From: Candidatus Hodarchaeota archaeon
GTDB taxonomy: Archaea; Asgardarchaeota; Heimdallarchaeia; Hodarchaeales; Hodarchaeaceae
Direction: 5' to 3'
DNA length: 22,200 nucleotides
Assembly: GCA_029856365.1 (NCBI GenBank)
Contig: JAHQWW010000061.1
Span: 1 to 22,200 of the forward strand
Made by a program: the position numbers and the translations under genes. Below, in pieces: positions 17,329-22,200 of this stretch. Position 1 is the stretch's first letter; each line of letters starts with the position of its first letter. The notes beneath the pieces were generated by a model, which saw only the letters and a program-made list of their open reading frames with translations, was not told the origin of the DNA and searched no databases.

Positions 17329-20300
17329 CTATCTTCTTTTATCTTTTTTACGTTTGATAAGAGCAGCAACCAAGTACATACTAGACAGACTGAAAATAAG
17401 AATTTTAAATTCGAACCCAGGAATGCCACCGATAGCTGGAGCATCACCCGTATCTTCTACATTATCTACTTGCAATGCAATACGGATATACAGATGATTT
17501 GCAACTGTATCATTATCTTGCACATCGATTTCACAGAGATAATAATCATCAGCAGTATCAGTGCTATCCCATGTGTGTTCAAAGATTAGCCACCCTGAAT
17601 CTATTCCGGTATAACCCATTGTCGTATCTTCTATTATACTCCCTAAATCGGGTTCTCCAGTACTTGGATCAAAGTCCTCAATGATATAAACAGTAAAACC
17701 AACTGAAGTTATTTGGAGATCATCTTTAGCTGCGATCTTGAAGTTGATATCGCCTGTAACAGGATCATATTCGTTTAAATTACCTGCATCAACATAATCA
17801 CTGAGGTTCTCTGGGAGATCAGAACGATAGTGGTTCCATTCTGGGGGATTACTTACTGTTGGTCCTTCCTGGCCGCCAACAACGATAAACCCAATCTTTT
17901 CTTGAATAGTGTGTTGATTCTCATCAATGTCAATAACAGTTATGTTGAGAATTCTATACCCATTAACCTCATTTTTTAGATCATGCATTCTCTCGTAATA
18001 ACCATTTTCTGGATTATAGGTCATAAAATACATTGGGCCTTGATCAATCTGCATTTTGACGGATTGAATCCCTAGATCATCATTTACTTGGACTTGGAAT
18101 GTTTGGAAACCTTCTAATGTTTTACCTTCTGTATCTGGGAAAATAATATTTACAGTCGGAGGGTATCCAGGTCTAATGTTATCTACCTGAAGATAGAAAC
18201 CATAAATTACTTTGTGACCATCCATATCCCAAACAGTTATTGTGAAGGGATGAACACTATTCTCAGTTTCACCTAATGTATTCCATTCAAACTCGTAGAT
18301 ATCATCACCATCTGTGTCATTTAATAGAAAAGCTGTGAAATCCCTAGTCAGAACCACTGCAAAGATTCCCACATCATCGGTTACTTTTACCTGAATAGTA
18401 TGGGTTCCATAAACAGATTCATTCTCTGCGCTCAGTAGATCAATGATAGGAGCATCCGTGGCAGCTTCATCATAGTTGTTCACTAGTAAATTATGGATAG
18501 CAAAGTTTACCCAATTACCATCATTATCTTCACTGTATGCTACAAGTGTCCATTCTCCATCTGCGAAACCATCCGTTGTATTCCATGTGATGTTATAGTC
18601 TATAGTTGGGTAATATTCCCAACAGACTGTAACATTGATTTCTCGTTCAAACTGTGCTACTCGAGCTGGTAAGTCAGCAAAATATGCCTTTACTGTTGTT
18701 TCTCCAATTCCTGAGGAGCCAAAACGTTGTTCCCAATGCGTTCCATTCCAATAATAGAATGGCCACCAGAACTTATGGACACCATGTGAATTATCGTCCC
18801 ATATTCTTACATGTAAGTGATTGTCCAGCCCTGTGAAACTGATATCCTGTTCTCGGATATTGTTGTCTCCCCAGTATTCTTCTCCTGAAGTGAAATTCTG
18901 GTAATAAAACTCTCCGCCTGGTGCTTGGGTGTCTAATTCGTTTCCAAGGTATGTATAGTCGAATAATAACCCGAAATCATTAAATACCGATCCATTGGCT
19001 TCTCCATTTTCATTAACGAACTCGAGGGATGCTGCATCAGTGTATATTTCCAAATTGTGATTTATATATCTTATATCCCACCAAGGGTCTTCCCAGGTAT
19101 TGATATGCCAACCCCAGCCATTATTTTCACGAGGATAGATAGTATAGTCATCATAAGGGACAACAATTGGGAACTGAGAAACAGAATAATTACTGCAATA
19201 GGGGAGTGATGACCAACTCCATTCCGTTAGTAAGTTGATATCTTCATTTACATAGGGCCCTGAATAAGTCTTTATTGGGTTAATAACCTCCTCAGCGAGT
19301 GGATTCCACCAAAAGTTTATCTCATCTATCCATTGATCTACTTCAGGATGGAAATAAGAAAATTGTTTATATTCCACTGTTGTCATATCCTGGTTCTCAA
19401 AGACTGGACTACTTGGTATTATATCACTATTGCTTAGAAGGGCCTGACTCATTGTGGAAGTGAAATCATTGCAATGGAACCGATAGGTGTTTCCTTCATA
19501 ATGGAGGCGATTCCAGTCCCAACTATTGTGGTCAGTATGGTTATCTACGAAATCGATACCCAAGAAAATTTCAATATCCGTGGCTAGGTCGTTTGCAGCA
19601 CTGTAATGATCATCGTAATCATTATAAACGATAGCCAGCTCAAAACTGTTCCATAAATCTTCTCTGTTCGGTTGGAATGTCATTTCTACAATTATGATAT
19701 TGGAATCCCAATTGGATGTTACTGTTGGAGACTCAAAGTCAATAATTCTTGAGTAATCTCCTCGTAGATAGATGTCTTTATACAAATAGCCATAGTGATT
19801 GACTACTAGTGATGCTTCCATCCTTGTTTGTAGGTAGTGAGGGATAAAGTCATAGTCAAAGCTAACTGACAAATCGGTATAGATCCCACTAAGAATTTCA
19901 AAATCAACATCCCAATAATGATGGGTAACCCAAGGTTCTGGAGGAGGATGATAGTTATAATAGATATAACAAGCGCTGGTATTAGAAGAAGGGCTAGATG
20001 AGAATGGTGTGACATCAGGAAGAGCAAAATTGATCCATAGACGATCTTGGTAACTGTTTTTCTGGATTTTCTCTGTGTGAATCAATTCATTCATAGTTAG
20101 TGTGTGAGATCCACTGTAACTGCCTGTAATGTCATAAATTTCATAATGAAACTCGAAACCAAAGGCAAATCTAATCTCTGGGTTATCACTACCACCTGAT
20201 GGCCACGCCCAAGCGGTAATATAGCTTGCTTCAGTCACATTAATGGTTTCAGCTAATCCTCCAATATTTCGGGGAATGACTTCATCATTGACATATTCGG

Positions 20301-20859
20301 TAAACCAAGGCCATACAATGTGAGATTGATAACGAACTGCAGTAAGGTCGGTCCACTTATCTCCTCTCCAATCTTCCCATGCCCATGTTCCTTCGTACTC
20401 ATAGCTGATCCTTAAACCTTTACTCATGTATTCAACGATTAAATCAGCGTATTCTCTAGCGAGCTCCGCATTATTGGTTCTAAAGTGGATTTCTATTCCA
20501 GTATTCTGATCTCCTGGATTATCTGTTGGCCAGAACCACCAGTTAGCATGATCAAATATATCATAAACATCTTTATAGCCTGCTATGAAAAGATTCAGGT
20601 TTTGTTCCCCAAATCCTAGATCTTTAGAATGAATCTCTGCTCGGGCGTTCATCCACCCTTCGTGACCAACCCAAACCCAAGCTGATTCATAAATATCAGA
20701 ATATAAGTCAACAGAGAGATTAGGAGTGATGAGTGTTTTTTTAATAGATACTGAAGTAGTACTTTGTGTTATCTGCAGTGTAGTTGATATTAAGAACAAT
20801 GAAAGGAGGAGAAGACAAAGTGCTGAAATTGTTATTTTATTTAGTTTTATTCTATTCAT
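17329..20859 (-). CDS. Large secreted acidic, Trp-rich surface protein (1176 aa): duplicated unknown N-terminal domain, ~4 Ig-like domains, PGF-CTERM-type sorting signal
   Basis: Signal peptide ITISALCLLLLSLFLIST and Ig-like repeats (P.I......G...I.V...DD.GI..V....Y...W.T....N.......D.D). The C-terminus is IPGF-EFKILIFSLSSMYLVAALI-KRKKDKRR. GGAG lies upstream of the ATG. Confidence 0.87.
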   Translation of the reverse strand: MNRIKLNKITISALCLLLLSLFLISTTLQITQSTTSVSIKKTLITPNLSVDLYSDIYESAWVWVGHEGWMNARAEIHSKDLGFGEQNLNLFIAGYKDVYDIFDHANWWFWPTDNPGDQNTGIEIHFRTNNAELAREYADLIVEYMSKGLRISYEYEGTWAWEDWRGDKWTDLTAVRYQSHIVWPWFTEYVNDEVIPRNIGGLAETINVTEASYITAWAWPSGGSDNPEIRFAFGFEFHYEIYDITGSYSGSHTLTMNELIHTEKIQKNSYQDRLWINFALPDVTPFSSSPSSNTSACYIYYNYHPPPEPWVTHHYWDVDFEILSGIYTDLSVSFDYDFIPHYLQTRMEASLVVNHYGYLYKDIYLRGDYSRIIDFESPTVTSNWDSNIIIVEMTFQPNREDLWNSFELAIVYNDYDDHYSAANDLATDIEIFLGIDFVDNHTDHNSWDWNRLHYEGNTYRFHCNDFTSTMSQALLSNSDIIPSSPVFENQDMTTVEYKQFSYFHPEVDQWIDEINFWWNPLAEEVINPIKTYSGPYVNEDINLLTEWSWSSLPYCSNYSVSQFPIVVPYDDYTIYPRENNGWGWHINTWEDPWWDIRYINHNLEIYTDAASLEFVNENGEANGSVFNDFGLLFDYTYLGNELDTQAPGGEFYYQNFTSGEEYWGDNNIREQDISFTGLDNHLHVRIWDDNSHGVHKFWWPFYYWNGTHWEQRFGSSGIGETTVKAYFADLPARVAQFEREINVTVCWEYYPTIDYNITWNTTDGFADGEWTLVAYSEDNDGNWVNFAIHNLLVNNYDEAATDAPIIDLLSAENESVYGTHTIQVKVTDDVGIFAVVLTRDFTAFLLNDTDGDDIYEFEWNTLGETENSVHPFTITVWDMDGHKVIYGFYLQVDNIRPGYPPTVNIIFPDTEGKTLEGFQTFQVQVNDDLGIQSVKMQIDQGPMYFMTYNPENGYYERMHDLKNEVNGYRILNITVIDIDENQHTIQEKIGFIVVGGQEGPTVSNPPEWNHYRSDLPENLSDYVDAGNLNEYDPVTGDINFKIAAKDDLQITSVGFTVYIIEDFDPSTGEPDLGSIIEDTTMGYTGIDSGWLIFEHTWDSTDTADDYYLCEIDVQDNDTVANHLYIRIALQVDNVEDTGDAPAIGGIPGFEFKILIFSLSSMYLVAALIKRKKDKRR

Positions 20860-20973
20860 TTTTGAATTTACTCCAATACTTTATAGTTATTGTCATAGAG
20901 TAGTAGAGCTATGTATATTGATAAAGTAAACCATTTCAAATAAATCATTCCAAGCTTCCAATATGAGTGTATT

Positions 20974-21696
20974 CTATTTTTTAATATCAAGTTGTAATAA
21001 TTGAAGAACATAGTTTAAGGGGAATCTTGTTGGGACTGCTTGGGTAGAACCATGCCATTTAGCGCAGCCAGAAAAGAATAAGGGAACTGCTTGGGTTGGG
21101 ATCCCCATCTCCATGATGTATGTCCGACCCATTGCAAGCTCAGGTAGACATGCTACTGCAATAAGCCCAAAATGACCAAACTTCTTATGTAGGTTTCGAA
21201 AAACTCGTAAAAAATTGGGTTCTTTAAAGCGATTACCCATGGTGATAAAAACCTCAAAATTATATTGTCTTCCTAGTTCAGAAAGTTTCCATCCAGAATT
21301 GTTGGAGGTATTGCATCCGATGATGCGATGCCAACCAATTTTTGTGCGTTTCACTTTAAGTAAGTCAAAATTTGGACCAGTCAAACATCTTGGCAAAACA
21401 ACTACCTTTGTAGAAGTTGCTTCAAATGCTGATTTCATTATCTGGTTAGAATATTCAATGAGAAGCATGTAAAGCGCATACTCATTTTTTTGAGTATGAA
21501 TTATGGGATTAAGATAATTGATATCCAATTGCCGATTTGAAACAGCATTCATATATGATTCAAAACCTTGCAAAAAACCATCTAATAAAGGGACAACTGC
21601 TGAATCAAAAACTTGTTGCGCTTGATGGACTACCGTCAAATATTCTGTTAGGTCATTTGATCCACTTTTTTCACTTATTTTGTAAGGCAAAGGCAT
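20974..21696 (-). CDS. DUF116 domain protein
   Basis: KVVVLPRCL, LSELG..Y.FEVFI..G, GLIAVACLPELAMG and AVPL...GC match the DUF116 Cys pattern. The start is placed at the second ATG (MPLPY, 21696); the track's 21711 start is also possible. Confidence 0.78.
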   Translation of the reverse strand: MPLPYKISEKSGSNDLTEYLTVVHQAQQVFDSAVVPLLDGFLQGFESYMNAVSNRQLDINYLNPIIHTQKNEYALYMLLIEYSNQIMKSAFEATSTKVVVLPRCLTGPNFDLLKVKRTKIGWHRIIGCNTSNNSGWKLSELGRQYNFEVFITMGNRFKEPNFLRVFRNLHKKFGHFGLIAVACLPELAMGRTYIMEMGIPTQAVPLFFSGCAKWHGSTQAVPTRFPLNYVLQLLQLDIKK

Positions 21697-21846
21697 TAAA
21701 TACCAACACATCTCCTAGAAAGACCTGTGAAACTATTCTATCTTCCGCGTATTAAACCTTTTAATAAAGGGGGAAAGAATATAATCCCAAGCAGAGACTA
21801 TTAAAAATCACCTTGATTTTCAAAAGAAATTTGGAGTAAAAGACAT

Positions 21847-22200
21847 ATGTATTGTGATAATTGTGGTAATCGAGTAGAAGATGATGCAGCGTTTTGTCCT
21901 AAATGTGGACAACAGTTACTACCTCAAAAAGCACCTGTTGATGTTCCTCCTCCATCTAGGACCCCATATTATGCTCGAAAAAGAGAGGAAGATTTTCTTT
22001 GTTTTGGCGAAAAACGTGAAGAAAATCCCTGGATTGGTGGAATAATTTTCATTTGCATTGGGCTTTTTTTAGCTGTAATACTTTTTGATCTTGATGAATT
22101 GCTCGTAATAGGTGATATTGCTATTTTTCGGATCGAATATTTACTTGTATTTGGTTTCTTTATCATTGGATTGATTATGATAATTCAAGCCATCAGAAAC
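21847..22200 (+). CDS. Zinc-ribbon domain membrane protein, 3'-partial at window edge
   Basis: Not in the ORF track. ATG at 21847 follows GGAG: MYCDNCGNRVEDDAAFCPKCGQQL, a Pro-rich linker, then two hydrophobic helices (WIGGIIFICIGLFLAVILF; YLLVFGFFIIGLIMIIQAI). The frame is open to the window end. Confidence 0.88.
   Translation, partial: MYCDNCGNRVEDDAAFCPKCGQQLLPQKAPVDVPPPSRTPYYARKREEDFLCFGEKREENPWIGGIIFICIGLFLAVILFDLDELLVIGDIAIFRIEYLLVFGFFIIGLIMIIQAIRN

Noticed and set aside
7225-20929. Many short ORF-track entries (60-90 aa) overlapping the three giant genes on the opposite strand or in alternate frames
   Set aside because: These are shadow ORFs with no recognisable motifs, lying within or overlapping well-supported long CDSs.
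17012-21048. Diversity-generating retroelement TR/VR pair, or a classical attL/attR prophage
   Set aside because: The mismatches are not confined to adenines in either copy, and the window has no reverse transcriptase, integrase or viral genes. The 77% identity is too low for a recent att duplication.
21969-22166. 65-aa minus-strand ORF
   Set aside because: It is the antisense shadow of the zinc-ribbon membrane protein on the plus strand (21847 to window end).
1-22200. CRISPR array, tRNA, rRNA
   Set aside because: I saw no regularly spaced direct repeats, cloverleaf or T-loop motifs, or GC-rich rRNA-like tracts.

Overview
This is an AT-rich archaeal window, most consistent with an Asgard (Heimdallarchaeia/Hodarchaeales-like) genome; the taxonomy is inferred from protein families. 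The left third holds mostly ordinary genes: the 3' end of a wHTH regulator, an unannotated 5'-truncated pseudogene remnant (radical-SAM tail plus HhH-like domain, with an in-frame TAG), a stand-alone class-I pyridine nucleotide-disulfide reductase, a small TPR-like protein, an MFS transporter, a double zinc-ribbon protein, an M19 dipeptidase and NucS/EndoMS. About 13.5 kb (7305-20859, minus strand) holds three giant secreted proteins of 1581, 1545 and 1176 aa. Each has a signal/anchor peptide, a different N-terminal head, an Ig-like stalk and a C-terminal PGF-TM-basic (PGF-CTERM-type) sorting signal. The array lies between nucS and a DUF116 gene. The intergenic space between the 1176-aa and 1545-aa genes contains an ungapped, 77%-identical second copy of the last 25 codons of the DUF116 gene. 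This suggests the array was assembled by recombination of surface-protein cassettes from a related lineage. The 1581-aa protein has an unusual Arg/Trp/Cys-rich beta-hairpin head preceded by an acidic segment. The window ends in a zinc-ribbon membrane protein gene. I saw no rRNA, tRNA, CRISPR array, integrase or intact transposase.
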